A stretch of DNA of 64,000 nt from Lingula anatina (lineage: Eukaryota > Animalia > Brachiopoda). Of this stretch, positions 1-13,297 are shown in pieces (within the stretch, counting starts at the first letter, position 1; each line of letters opens with the position of its first letter). The stretch covers positions 23,272,534 through 23,336,533 of the forward strand of contig CM120644.1 in NCBI GenBank assembly GCA_051362555.1, read 5' to 3'. The position numbers and the translations under genes were made by a program. The notes under the pieces are model-generated. The model saw nothing but the letters and a program-made list of their open reading frames with translations, was not told where the DNA came from and searched no databases.

Positions 1-538
1 ATTGCTAGAAATGGAAGACCTAGGACATACGTTACTAGGCTTCAATGTCCATAGGACAAAGGCTCCCAAGTAATGTAAGTCTTACGTGTAGTAATGCACG
101 TCTTAATGGGACGTGCGTTCCTGACATTTTAGTAACGCATGTCCTATATAGTATACACCAAGGAATGACATGAATGAATAGATATAGAGACATACTAGTT
201 TTAAACATATAATACACGTTTGCTTTATTCTATTTATATGACATTTTATCTTTATATTTTACAATGTTTTTATTTTCCGTTAGGCAGTTTATATGCATAT
301 TAATGAAGAAGCAAAAACAATTTACTAATTTTATGTGTATTATTCATCTAGTAAACGCATATTTTTGGCGTACTCCTCCCTCAGTGTACAATATGTATGA
401 GCCTGGTTTGCCCTATATTTTTTTAACAAAACAATGCAAAGGCCTTCCCTTATTTTCCTCCTTTGAGGTATATGTAAAGTGTATATTATTTCATGTCCTT
501 TTCTACTGGAGTGTACCTTTTGTGTTTTGCGTCGAAAT

Positions 539-575
<37 letters not shown>

Positions 576-939
576 AAAACCTTATTCCTAAGAAAAAATT
601 TACTTTACACAAAACGCGGGATCTCCGTTGTTAGATTTATGTTTCGGTTTACACTCGCAGAAATTGAAAAATAACCTCGAAATCGATAGAAATTTGCTCT
701 TGGAAAGTATGGGCTGAGATTTAAGACAAACCAAGACAGTTTAGAAATTGAAAATTGCAATATATGTATTTAATGGTCTGTAATAACCCTTTGCTATTTT
801 GGTGCTTTGACACTTAAAAAACAAAACAAAAAAATTAGTTGTAAATGTAATGAGCACAGAATTTCGAACACATAAAAACACCATTAAACATATTGCTGCA
901 AGTAATAAGGGGGGAAAGGTGGAGGGGGGGAAGGTCATG

Positions 940-1030
940 TCAAAGGTAGGTCTCGAACCCATAGATGTAACAGAACGATTCAAGAATTCTTACCTTACAG
1001 ACTTGCACGCTAACCACTACACGGAAGAGC
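940..1030 (-). other. tRNA-like Pol III promoter (A and B box), SINE head or tRNA pseudogene
   Basis: Minus strand reads gctcttccgTGTAGTGGTTAGCGtg...GGGTTCGAGACCtacc. The spacer is too long and irregular for an intact cloverleaf. Confidence 0.55.
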
Positions 1031-1167
1031 TGACGTTGCAAACCATTCATTTTTGTCAGATATATGGCTCACAGGAAGGATTTCATATACATTTATAGTT
1101 TTATCATTTGACCGTATTATTGCCTAAGGATAGGACTTTCAAATAGCTGGACTTATATTACTGTCAT

Positions 1168-1336
1168 GGTATAACAGGAATAAAAGTCCGACAGTAATGC
1201 AAGTCCTACCTACTCTAATTATGAGCCAGGAACCTAGGTCCCTGTAGGACTACTATTCCCAAGTAATGTTAGTCCTACAGACAACCTACATCCGTAGGAC
1301 CTCGGTTCCTGGGGGACTTGGATTACTGTTACACCG
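1168..1336. mobile_element. Terminal region or short copy of a ggtgtaacag(g/t)aat TIR family
   Basis: ggtataacaggaat ... attactgttacacc inverted pair rich in ggac/gtcc motifs. Related sequence at 1-130, 42085-42270 and 60632-60784. Confidence 0.55.
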
Positions 1337-1345
1337 GTAATCCCA

Positions 1346-3640
1346 CAGTCAGATGCAGGAACAGAATTTACAAAAAGAAAAACTCAGGCATACCTGAAAG
1401 AACAAGGAATAACCTTTTTCACAACAAAGTTGGAACAAAAATGTTCGGCCGTACAACGTTTTAAAAGATCCTCGAGATCTCGCATGGACAAAAATTTCGC
1501 CGCCAACATTACACTGACATATTTATATGCACTCGACCAACTTTTAATGGGATTAAACATGGCTGTAAACAAGAGCATTGGTACAACACATCACCAATGG
1601 AGGTGTCAAAATAAAATGAAAAAAAATCGGACGAGGAATGAAAAAACTTTACAGGAGTATGACATTTGAAAAGGCAAAGTTTAAATTCAAGGTGGGAGAC
1701 ACAGTAAGGATGAGAAACATAAAACTCTCTTTGACAAAAGCCTCGAGCAGGGTTGGGTGCAGGAGTTGTTTACAATAACGCAACAATTTGTCAATGAGAG
1801 AGAAGCCGCAGACAGAGTTTTACAAAACCTACAAAGACGACCACTGATGCAGTCCGTCGATACATTCATACTTTATGTGATCATCCAGCAGCTTTGTGCG
1901 AAGCTTTCATGCCGTTTAATAAGATCATCTTGGTTATAGCAGCTACGAGGTACGAGTTGGGAAGATTTGACCCGGAGCGCTAGAAAAAGTCGAATGAGAA
2001 TCTCATCAAGATTCTAAAGACCCTCGTAATGTAGTCGCTGGTAATAATTTGTATGTCGCAGAATATATACGTTACTTCACAGGAATTAATACCACGGTAA
2101 ACGAGAGTAACTATGATGTTGGCGAGATGTACTCTCACTCAAAGGTGTCGAGGTGCAAATTCCTTCTGGCCCCAAGACATGTAAGTCACTTTTAGACTTA
2201 GACTTTTAGAGAGGATACTGAAAAAAAATAATAAATTACGTTCCTTCTAATCCTGCTGATTTTAATAGCTTGTTGAAATTAAATGAAGAAGCACAAAAGG
2301 ATTAAAAATTGTAACCATGAGCAACTCAAAGAGTTCTTGATGAGACAAGCTCCATATACATGACATGCTAACAGCAGGAAAATATTTCATACCAATCGTG
2401 TTGTTATTGGTCACACAGATCAGCAATGGAAAGCGTATTCATTTTTTTTTTATTATAATTGATGTAATTCCAAAGTTCTCATGGGTTGTGGCCATCAAAT
2501 CAAAAACTGCTGATGGTGTGTTCGAAGCTTTTAGTAATATTTTAGACGAAGGTCGAAATTCAGCAATCAAACAAACAGATGCTGGAACTGATTTTACAGA
2601 TAGAAAATTCCGGGCATACCTGAAATAATAAGGAACAGCAATTTTCACAAAAAATGTTGGAACAATAAAGTTCGGTTGTCGAAAGGTTTAACTGAAACTT
2701 AAAATCTTGCATGGACAAATATTTCCCCGACAACAGTACAATGATATATTTATGTGCACTCGACCGGCTTTTGATGGGATATAAAATAACTGAACACAGG
2801 AGCAATGGTACGTCACCAAGGGAGGTGAAATAAAAAAAATCGGACGTGGTATGTAAAAAACTTCAGGGGGAATGAAATATAAAAAAAATTAAAATCAAGA
2901 TTGGAGAAACCGTATGGTTGAGCAAACATAGAACTCCCTTTGCCAAAGGTTACGAGCAGGGTTGACGCAGGAGTTGTTTTCAGTAACCCAACGTTATGTC
3001 AATGAGAGAGGAGATGGAGAGAGAGTTCTAGAAAAGCTACAAAGACGACCACGTGATGCAGTCCGTGGATGCACTCATACTCTATAAAATCATCCAGCTG
3101 CAATGTGTGAAGGTTTCATGCCGTTTAATAAGACCATCTTGGTTATAGTATCCATGAGTCACCAAGTGGGACGATTTGAGCCGGAATATTGGTAAAAAAT
3201 TAGAACATCATCAAGATTTCTTAAGACCCTCATAATTTAGTCGCTGGTAATAATTTGTATGACGTGGAAGACGTACATCGGTTTACAAGAATTTATACCA
3301 CGGTTCTGGAGAGTTACTGTGACATACTTTCACTCAAAGATGATGACAAATACACACGGACACAGTTCACAGCCAACAGTACAGTGGTATATATTTATAT
3401 GCACTCGACCAACTTTTAAATAACTAAAAACAAGAGCATTGGTATGTCACCAACCGAGGCGGTGAAAGAAAAATTCGGACGTGGTATGTAAAAACCCTTA
3501 GGGGGAATGAAATCAAAAAAAGAAGTTTAAATTCAAGGTAGGAGACACCGTAAGGTTGCCCAAACATAGAACTCCCTTGGCAAAGTCTACGAGCAGGGTT
3601 GGATGCAAGAGTTGTTTACGCTAACGTAAACTTTAAACAG
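1346..3640 (+). mobile_element. Decayed Polinton/Maverick retroviral-like integrase plus adjacent unknown ORF, tandemly repeated (about 2.5 units)
   Basis: QSDAGTEFT/QTDAGTDFT, VERFN.LKS, SIG.SP.EV, FKFKVGDTVR, YEQGW.QELF motifs at ~1346-1790, ~2300-3000 and ~3365-3640, with stops and frameshifts. Confidence 0.88.
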
Positions 3641-3789
3641 GTCACAAAGAAAGACGATGTGTATAGGGTCTAAAAAATGTTAAGATCTAGAGGCAAGGGT
3701 AAATCGAGGGGACATTTGTTAAATGGCAAGGTCAGTGATCTTATAATCCACGATGACCTTTCATCTATCGGGAAAACAAACAATGTCAT

Positions 3790-4238
3790 AACACATCGTT
3801 TTAGGAATGGTAGATGGCGATACCTTCAGTGGTGATTCAGAAAAAAAAAACATTAAAAATACTGTCACTTGCGACAGCTGTGTCTTACTCTGGTAGGAAA
3901 GCAAATAACCTTTAAACCATACTCACCAAGATTTTGGGGTCACTGGTGGTTTAGGCTACATAAAATCCTATTTCAACATTTTATCATCAGTTATCGCAGA
4001 TAGCAGTGAACAAGATATTACAATAGATCAAGCAGATTTTTTTGAAATGTTCACTGTGTTTGGCTTTGGCTTGACATCAGATAGAAACTGAAAATTATAG
4101 TATGCCAACGAAGCAGGGTTCGCTCAACATCAATCTAGAATTCGGACAAGTGATTGATAATTCCATCTTGGTAGTTAAGCTGAATTTGACGCCATTATAA
4201 AAATTGATCAACGCAGGAATGTCTATGTTGAGTATTAA
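3790..4238 (+). pseudogene. Polinton/Maverick major capsid protein C-terminal remnant
   Basis: Frameshifted HIVLGMVDGDTFSGD...LRQLCLTLVGKQITFKPYSP.DF...YIKSYFNIL...FTVFGFGLTSD...AEFDAIIKIDQRRNVYVEY*, ending 2 nt before the protease ATG. This is the usual MCP-PRO gene order. Confidence 0.8.
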
Positions 4239-4240
4239 AG

Positions 4241-4708
4241 ATGAACACAAATCTATTGAATTGTCTACTTAAAACTGTTCCTTTTACAAGTGCTTGTTTT
4301 CGAGGAGTATTTGCATTGGACACTTTGCCACATAGTCAAATAAGGACTTATCCTGTATGCATAATTGCCATCACCGACCCACACGACAAACCTGGTGTGC
4401 ACTGGGTCGCATTTCACTTCAATGAAAACGGAACACGATTTTTTTACTCTTACGGCAAAGGACCTTATTACTATAACGATTCGTTTGAATGCTTTTTGGA
4501 CAAGAACTCGACATCTGTGTGGACGTGTAACACCAACGAAGCACTAAAGAGCATTTACACAAAAGTGTTTGGACAATACTGTATATATTATTTAATGAAC
4601 TGTTCTTGCGGGAAAACTTTAGAACAAATTCTTAGAGGTTTTACTAATGATAAACAATTTAACGATACATTAGTGTACAAGGACATTTCATCATACCAAG
4701 TTTTATAA
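4241..4708 (+). pseudogene. Polinton/Maverick adenain-like cysteine protease, open but with substituted catalytic residues
   Basis: FRGVFALDTLP...I(N>I)TDPHDKPGVHWVAF...FF(D>Y)SYGKGP...(Q>K)SIYTKV(C>F)GQYCIYYL. Confidence 0.85.
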
Positions 4709-5149
4709 ATACGAGTTTTCGAGCTTGCAGATCAAAAAAAGGTCTTTAGGATTTATATATGAAATACGTTATTTCAAACAAAATAATATGTTCAAAAGTT
4801 TTCTAAATACCCGGGGCCAGTTCATAGTTGCTCATAGTTTAGTGTTCAAAGCCTTGCTGTATTTCTAACTTCTCCACGTGTGACTAATTCACTGTCGGAA
4901 ATATACCTCTGTCATAATATTAAGTGATCCGTGTTGCCTACCCAAGTCCTTTAAATTTCGGAATATTTATATGCAGCATAGTGCCTTGACTCGGCATTTT
5001 TTCTCCATCCCCAACCCCATGGAATTTTCTAGAAAAAAATGTTATAGTATGTTCTGAATGCATCTATTTGTTTATTTAAATGACTGGCCATTTTTTGCAA
5101 TCCCAACGGTAGTTTTGCCATGTTTCTTTATGAAAAATTGGGATATTTA

Positions 5150-5243
5150 TACACACCAAAATAAAATGACTGTGCATTTCTCTTCTTTCCCTGTCTTGTA
5201 CATAAACACCAGTCCTTTATCAATTATATATGTGGCAACTTTC

Positions 5244-5250
<7 letters not shown>
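5150..5250 (-). pseudogene. Second ankyrin-repeat fragment
   Basis: 5185-5245 closely matches 6790-6848 (gtcttgtacataaa...cagtcctttatcaatta.atatgtggcaac). Confidence 0.6.
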
Positions 5251-5287
<37 letters not shown>

Positions 5288-5429
5288 CCTTTGTCTCATT
5301 ATTTTGCAAATACTCATAGTTCAATTATTGAGCAAGAAAACTAACATATCGTTCACAACACAACACGATACCCTTAACTTTTGTGCAGCATTCGTGACTA
5401 CAGCTTATATGATCAGTTGCACTGTGCTA

Positions 5430-6127
5430 AAACCCCTGTCACACTAGAGGCGGAATGAGCAAGAATGCCGTCGGAAAGACATTGTTTTGTGCGTTCCTGG
5501 GTAATCGAAGTGCATTCTAAAAATTCCCAGTGCATTCCAAATATTTTTACCCATTCTTGTGGCTGGCCCGAATATTTTGCTCGTGTTAAATACTTGTGCA
5601 TTCCAAGTGGAAAATTATTGAATGGCATTTGAATATTATTCTAACTGCACTATGACTGCATTCTAAACATTCTAAATATTCTCACGGCATTCCGACAGCA
5701 TTCGATACATTCTGATCACATTCGAGGGAGAACCAAAATGGCAAGACACTTCAAATTCTGCTAGAATGGGCTAGAATGCAACTCGAATGCATCTCGATCC
5801 TATTTCAGCCGGCAGTCGAACTACATTCGCACGGCATTCGAAGTGTATTCTAAATATTCTGACTGCATTTTACAGCATTATTGATACTCCAACGACATTC
5901 CAACGACATTCGAGCTGCATTTGAGGGCTAATACAACCAAAATGTGCACGAATCATTCCAGGCGGATTCAAGCGCATTCTGAGGATTCCAACGGCAATCT
6001 TACAAGAACTTAGGTCAATTTGAAAATTCTTCCAGTACGAATTCTTATAGTACGAATTTTTAAATTTAGTCATTCCGGCTGCTTCTGCTTGATTCCTGCT
6101 GATTCTAAATAAGCGTGACGGGGCCTT
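5430..6127. mobile_element. Harbinger-like MITE rich in cattc/gaatg motifs
   Basis: Ends acccctgtcacact / agcgtgacggggcc. A truncated relative lies at 45331-45690. Confidence 0.7.
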
Positions 6128-6629
6128 AAGCGACCTATGTTTGTTTCATGTAACCTGCATGATGATATGACATGCATGTTTCTACCAAGGGTAGCTGGAA
6201 ATAACCTCATTTACATTCATTATTGTTTATCAGCAATATAGCAGCTGGTCGCTCTCTGTCCATTCAAATACAGTAGTTATTTCACCTAAACACTCAATAT
6301 TTATGTATATTTGCAAATCAACTTGACAGAGGCATGTTCAACAGAGACTTAGTTATTCTGTATATTTGCAAATCCGCTTGAGAAACATATGGTACCAACA
6401 CAGGCCTAATTATAAATATGCAAAGACTGAGTTTTTTTCCCAATTCCAAAATATTCTAGAATCTGTTACAGGTACGTGACTCAGCATTTCCCTACAGACA
6501 AAGAGATAAAAAATTTCCCGATAGGCTGGAAGGTCATGCCATTTCTTTTTAGTTTTGCTATTGCATATACCGCAAGATACACAATTCTGTCCTTTTTTCA
6601 TTGGCTATGCAAGGTATGGATATTTCACT

Positions 6630-7088
6630 AAGACTACTATAAATCTTCGCCACAGCACGTGCTTTCACCTGAATTAATTTCACTGGGGAAAAGATTTCCT
6701 TCCTCTGGCAGTTCTGCATCTGTATCAAACAGCTTGGTGGCAATATCACCATGACGGTTCTCTAGTGCTAAATATATACTACTTCTACTTTCCTTGTCTT
6801 GTACATAAATATCAGTCCTTTATCAATTAGATATGTGGCAACGTTAATGCTGCCGTTTTCTGCTGATATATGTAAACTACATAAACCCTCTTTGTCTTGT
6901 GAATTGACATCAGCCCCTTCATCAATAAGCCTGCTAATACCCTGATAGTGATTTCTTATTGCAGCTAAATGTAAATCACTTATGCCACTAAGCAAAGACA
7001 CATCACCTGAACTAATTTCACTGCGCCCATATTTAATTTCTTCTAAGCCCGTGCACAGTTTACCCTTGCACAGTTTTAAACCTGTCAT
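6630..7088 (-). pseudogene. Ankyrin-repeat pseudogene fragment
   Basis: LHLAAIRNHYQGISRLIDEGADVNSQDKEGLCSLHISAENGSINVATYLIDKG, then a 1-nt frameshift into DIYVQDKESRSSIYLALENRHGDIATKL, then a stop. Confidence 0.8.
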
Positions 7089-7621
7089 TCTTTGTTGGTG
7101 CTGTAAATAAGCTCAAGGCATCCTCTGTTGAATATCCTCGATGGGATCCTTCCCCTTACAGTTTGTCTTGCTCACGTGACACAGCGTCTGTAATAAACAG
7201 ACAAGTTGAAAAAATAGGACCTGTCCAACTATCGTATGCATATTATATACAATTCCGATGTTCTACACATAAAACAATTTTGAGAGCAATACACCAATGT
7301 TTTGCACATTCGTGTCTCTGGTTTTACATACAACTTTACTACGGGAGCAGCATTACTCGGAAGATATTTAACTGATTGTAATGGCCTCCAATTTATTCAG
7401 TGTAATTTCAAAAATCCTCTTCGCGAGCCTCAAACGTTGCAAGTCGTTACCTATAGCTTAAGAAAAAAAAAAAAAAAAAACATGGAATTGCTGGAATCGA
7501 AATCAAAACTTGATATCGGGTACTTGTCTTCAGAACATATTTTGTCTTCTACAATTAACTTTTTTATATAATTCAGAATATTTATTTTGCACACATGAGT
7601 AGCTTATTTGCAATATCTTAT

Positions 7622-8257
7622 GTAAATGTACTGCTTGGTGTGTACTGGTATATGTTAGACCCCATTCCCAGAGATTAGATCGATCCAACTAGATCGACCT
7701 AACTCCCTGGGGACTCACGCTAAATAGCTGTTAGCCAAGCGGGCACGAGTTAATTACCCTCTTACAGCTTGCAGTAGGCGGGACGGACATTTAAGCCGGA
7801 TTGTCTGACAGTAATCTAGTGAGACTCCTCTCGGGGATAGATCGATCTAAAATCTATGGGATTGCGCCCTAAGTGTACTGCTCAGTGTGAACTGGTATAT
7901 GTAAGTGTTCTGCTCAGTGTGTATTGATATATGTAAGTGTACTGCTCAGGGTATACTGGTATATGTAAGTGTACTACTCAGTGTGTACTGGTATATGTAA
8001 GTGTACTGCTCAGTGTGTATTGGTATATGTAAGTGTACTGCTCAGTGTGTACTGGTATATGTAAGTGTACTGCTCAGTGTGTATTGGTATATGTAAGTGT
8101 ACTGCTCAGTGTGTACTGGTATATGTAAGTGTACTGCTCAGTGTGTATTGGTATATGTAAGTGTACTACTCAGTGTGTACTGGTATGTGTAAGTGCACTG
8201 CTCAGTTTGTACTGGTATGTGTAAGTGTACTGCCCAGTGTGTACTGGTAAATGTAAG
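7622..8257. repeat. 32-bp minisatellite (gtaagtgtactgctcagtgtgtactggtatat), about 13 units, interrupted by a MITE
   Basis: Period of 32 nt read directly (7981 vs 8013). Confidence 0.95.
7658..7869. mobile_element. PIF/Harbinger (Tourist-like) MITE family A, copy 1
   Basis: TIR gaccccattcccagagatt / aatctatgggattgcgccc, flanks tta/taa, inserted in the 32-bp minisatellite. Confidence 0.88.
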
Positions 8258-9938
8258 ACTACATAAAAATGTGATCATATCAGATAGTGTGCACTCAGGG
8301 ACATTTCATTTCAGTGTTACACTCTTGTCTTAAAAACTATCAGGAGAAACAAATGTTTACCTTGAGAATAAAATAACAGTATTGCAATGGATACCCATAC
8401 TGTTAATAAGCACTACTTCCCTGCACAGAGGGTTACATTAAGTTTAACACTAAGCTGTAAATCTCATCAGTCTGAAATACTAACATCTTAAAATGAATAC
8501 TATTTTAATATGTCAGAGTCAAACTCCTAGTTAACAGTATTCACTGTAAGCGAACTTGTGAACTGCAATAAACCGTAGTAGTGTAATTGCATGGTTAAAG
8601 TATTTTAACACAGTGACGGTCTTAAATGGTCATGAATTCTCAAATTTTAATTTGTTGTATATGCATAGGCTTAATAAATCGTCAGCGACCAGTCAAACTT
8701 GTTGATGTACAGCAAACTCTTCCGCTCAATGTTTAAAGAACCTTAAACTTTATTACCAATATTTTTCCAAGCATGTTTTCACTAAAAACTCCTTTTACTG
8801 CCATGCAATGCCATTCTTACTAAGGTGGTCACGATGATACTCTTTCATACTATCTTACAGCTTTGCGATTGGCAGCTCTTGAATTATATGACAGTTTGTA
8901 AGGCTACTCATGTAGTGGGGTGTGTTAGCGAAAAAATCGTGACAAGGCGGATAAAAGCACCAAATTTGGCATGCAGTTACCTTTTTGCCAAATAAGAGCA
9001 CTAGCCCTCTGAAACAATTTACCGTTTGATCAAAAAGTAAAAAATGGCTGCCAATTTATGGAATTCTATTGAAAAATATACATACCTATGTTGATTTTTA
9101 TCAAAAAAAGTATTTTCTCAGTGTTTTCCACATCCTTGTTACCCACATTATGCATATATGTCAGATAGCAAACGAGTTCCCTTGGACTTTTTGAAAAAAA
9201 TCAAGATGGTTGTCATATGCACTCCCTTTCTTCAGTGCCTGAACCTGAAATATATAATGATCCAAAAGGATAAAAGTATACCATAGGCAGACAGGGAGTG
9301 GGACCTACCATATCTAGCAATATCAATCTTGCAGTAACTTACAAAGCCACAAGCAATAATCTAGGCCCCTATGCTAAGAATTCATCGTTTCATTTCAATT
9401 TAAAATTTAAATAGAAAACTTCAGAAAAACTTGAGTTGGAGGTTCATCTTCAAGAGACACTAATCAAACTATGTGACGGGTGTGAACGGCAGTTGTAAAA
9501 GATCTTTGTTAAATATAAACAAGAAAGAATCGCATAGCAATAACAGCTTCCATATGTATTTATATTTAGTATGGACATTTTGCTGACATTTTGCGGTTTG
9601 GGATGAATGCGTTATTTTATTCTATTTTTTTAAAATTGTTTATGCTCTGTTAAATGTGCATATTAAATGTACACGTGTATGTGGTCGTGGTGTAAGCGGC
9701 GTCTTCAACTTGAGATTTTGAGATTTAAGACACCTACACTCAATCTTGATAAACTAGCACCCCTTTCTAGGTATACACCTACTCTTAATTTCGATAAATT
9801 TGTAACCTTCTTAAGGTCTATACATGCACCTACTTTTCAACTTGTCAACTCGTACCCCTTTCTAGGTTTACATCCCCAATCTTAAACTCCATCAAATTAA
9901 TCTTCATTTTATACTTATGTATGTTTAAATATGGCAAT

Positions 9939-9994
<56 letters not shown>

Positions 9995-12396
9995 TATGTT
10001 GCAATCCATAAAGGATATGATAAATAAACGTTTTACTGTGGGACCCTATATGTTGTACATAAAAAATAACAATTGCTATTGTAGCACTGACTTTAACAGG
10101 AACCCCGAGATTCTTTGTGCCGAAAAATGCACGATTTTTAGGTATGCTTTAGTATTATAAGCTAATTTGCCACAAGAAAACATTTATATTTCCATCTTTT
10201 AGTATTTTTGTCATCAATAAATTTGCACTTATATTCTTTTTTTTTTTTCAAATTTGTCGGCTAGTTAAGACATTGTCGTGGTTTAATCATGGCTCAATTG
10301 CCTTTACCTCCATTAAGGTTCTATAAGTAAGTGCCAAAACATATTTAAAATAAATACTTTGAAATGGCCTTCCTGTGATTTTTTTAACTTATATTAGTTT
10401 TAGTTTACTTTTCGTGTGGTGTGGCAACAAAAACATCTAAAAAAATGTACACAAAAGCTTTTCGTAATGTGTTAAGAGTGTTCAGACCCAAAAGCAGAGG
10501 TGTCACATTTCATCGCATAACCTCAATAATGGGCCAAGTTTGAAGAAAATCGTGAAAGTGGATTCTTAGTAATACGAATAAACCATTTCTACTAGTTTCT
10601 TATACAACTCAAATAAAATCCCCTGCCATAAGACAGACTGAATTAACCACCTATTTTAGGGAGGTACGAAGGATTAAATTGAAAAGGAGAAGCATTAAAA
10701 TCAAACTTCTGATTTGTCCATGGGAAGAAAGAACCCATATCCTCCCGCTCTTGAGGAAAAAACATCAAAAAGACCACAATAATAAACGTATAATTTGTGA
10801 ACAACTCGCACCTGTAAATGTGCAACATGCACATATTTAAATAAGCATTCCTGAACAAAACACAAGAGACTTGACCCTAACCTCTTAATATAGGTTCGAA
10901 TGCGTGGAACTTGGAGCCAATTAATACAGAATAGCGGAGGTTGTTAATCTTGCCTGGGTGGGCTTATCATCAGGACATGGAACAAATGACTACGTACCTT
11001 AAATAATAAAGCAGTTGTTATAAATGAAAAGCATGTCTCAATATTCATATTGTATGGCGTTTTAAAATATGTCGTCTCTTAGTACAAGTTACTTAAATTC
11101 GACGAGCTTTTGTTGTTGTTGTTAAATATTTGGTAATATCATCGGCATAAAAGTATTTCCTTAAATTGTCTGAGATACTCAGTTATTTTTTTAATTCATT
11201 TTTCTTTTATTTATAATATTTATTTTTTGGTGGAGTTTTGTGCCAAGCCAGGATTGAGGTTATTGTCCTTTTTCGACAGTGTACAACAGATGATAAGAGA
11301 CTTAGGATACTTAATTTTTCAATGACAATGTAACTGTGAATACCATTAGTGCATTTGAAAATATGTTCCAAGTAACCTGAAATTTAATGATAAATGAAAG
11401 AAAAAAGATACTGAAAGAAATAACCGATGGAAAGAGGAGATTGGGATGAAAAGATACTAGAAATTTACCCTCAACTTTTAGTCTGGCACATCAGTAAAAT
11501 ATCAGTAAATGTGTGATTTAATGTTATGCATTTTGTATTTTGTATATATATAATGAAACACTTATACTATTTCCCTTTCCATTACACCTAAGCAGTTATT
11601 TTATAACGGATGCTGTTGTGTGATGTTCTGTGGCATTAACTTGTTCATTCAAAATTGAAATTCAAAATTCATTCAAAAGGCAATGACACTGTTAATGGCA
11701 ACATTTTATAACAGTGTAAATGTTGATTTGCTAGAGCAAAAGTTGTTTTCCTGATTTTAAAAACATATAATCCCTTTTTCTTGGTCACCCCATTTTCGTC
11801 AAGGGTTTTAATTTTAACATCTTTACCATATACAAAACATAATTTAAAATCTACCGTGGCTTGGTTTTTATTTGTGTTTTATGAAAACATAAAAAATATT
11901 GCACATGTAAGTTTCACGGTAAAGAACCCCCTTTGAAATTGCTGGCTACGGGCCTGCTCGCTCTCTCTCTCTCTCTCTCTCTCTGGTATTTTACATTCTC
12001 TGTAATATTAAGAGTCTTTTATGAGCACGACAAGTGTTGAAAAAGGTAAGCTTACTATGCAATCTCTAAAATTTGAAATTGATTACTGCAATCGCTTTCC
12101 TTAATCATGATTAAATAGTACTCTCTGATCACAGGGTGCGCTAGTCAGTTAGAAAATTGTTAAATAGCAGAGTGTGATTTTGAACGTATTCTAGTGGGGC
12201 CCAAGTGCCTCAGAGTATAGTTATATATGGCTGGGAAAATCACTGATGCTTCAACCGTAGAGGGTGCAAGCGAGGAGCTATAAACCCATTATTCATATAG
12301 CTCATAGCCCCCGAGGACAAGCGATTGTTTTGAAAACAAAGCGACACCTCGTCCTGTGAACAGACAAAAATGTTCAACGTTCACATAAACGTTAAT

Positions 12397-13297
12397 CACC
12401 CAAACCCAACATGCTGAAGTGTCAAAAAATAAAAATGAATGAATTCAAAATTGTATTTAATATTTCAAAACATATATGTGTATAGAAGAAAAATCCACGA
12501 CTGTTTCAACTGAAATTCAAATTTTAATTTTTACCATGTCTTTAACATTACGCAAAGAACCCTATTTTGAAATTATGTTCCAAAAGCGTGCGGTAACGTA
12601 TGTTCCTTGCCATTTAATTTTCTTGTTTATGCCGCGTTCCGATATATCTTTAGTGGTTCAATCATGGTAAATTAGACATGGCGTAAGGACGATTTTATAA
12701 ATATTTAAACTGTATCTCAAAGGGCTTTGCGTCAAGGCTTATACTAGGTAACGTATGTTCCCTAGAAAAAATTGTCAAAATGTTTCATTTTGTTCAAGTA
12801 CTTGTGTGCAAGAAATACAATGTTTTCTTTTGCTGACCGAACAATATATTGTGGTACCATGATAGTTTGACATTTCTGATGTAATATTTGAATCACGAAG
12901 GGAAATAAATTATTTAATGCTTATTTTACTGTCGGTAGGGTGTATTTTCCCCATTAAATATATATATATATATTTTGTGACAAGCAAACTAAAGTCGCTC
13001 AAAAACAATTAACTTCTCTATACAGAAGATTATTATAATTTTTAGCAACGTTATACTTGTAGGAGATAAATCAATGAACAAAACCAGTCATGACTGAATT
13101 TTCAATGTGAGTAGAACGTTTCACAGTTTGACGTTTTGTATTTGTGACAGTAACGTATGTTCCTTTTTGGGGTTAAACGATGAATTATTTTTAATTATTC
13201 ATGGTTCCAGGAGAGTGAAACTTTTATACAAGCTTCTTCATGTGGAACCCTAAAATAATCAAACACAGTTTGCACCTCTCTATTGGGTTTGGGTGTA
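12397..13297. mobile_element. Tc1/mariner-type MITE family B, copy 1
   Basis: Ends cacccaaacccaa / cacctctctattgggtttgggtg-ta. The body is an inverted match to 14780-15308. Confidence 0.75.

Noticed and set aside
264-674. 136-aa ORF and similar hydrophobic ORFs (5058-5447, 9921-10160, 40596-40922, 42293-42475)
   Set aside because: Low-complexity translations of AT-rich DNA and microsatellites.
7622-8257. 32-bp repeats of CRISPR-like length
   Set aside because: Head-to-tail minisatellite without spacers in a eukaryotic context.
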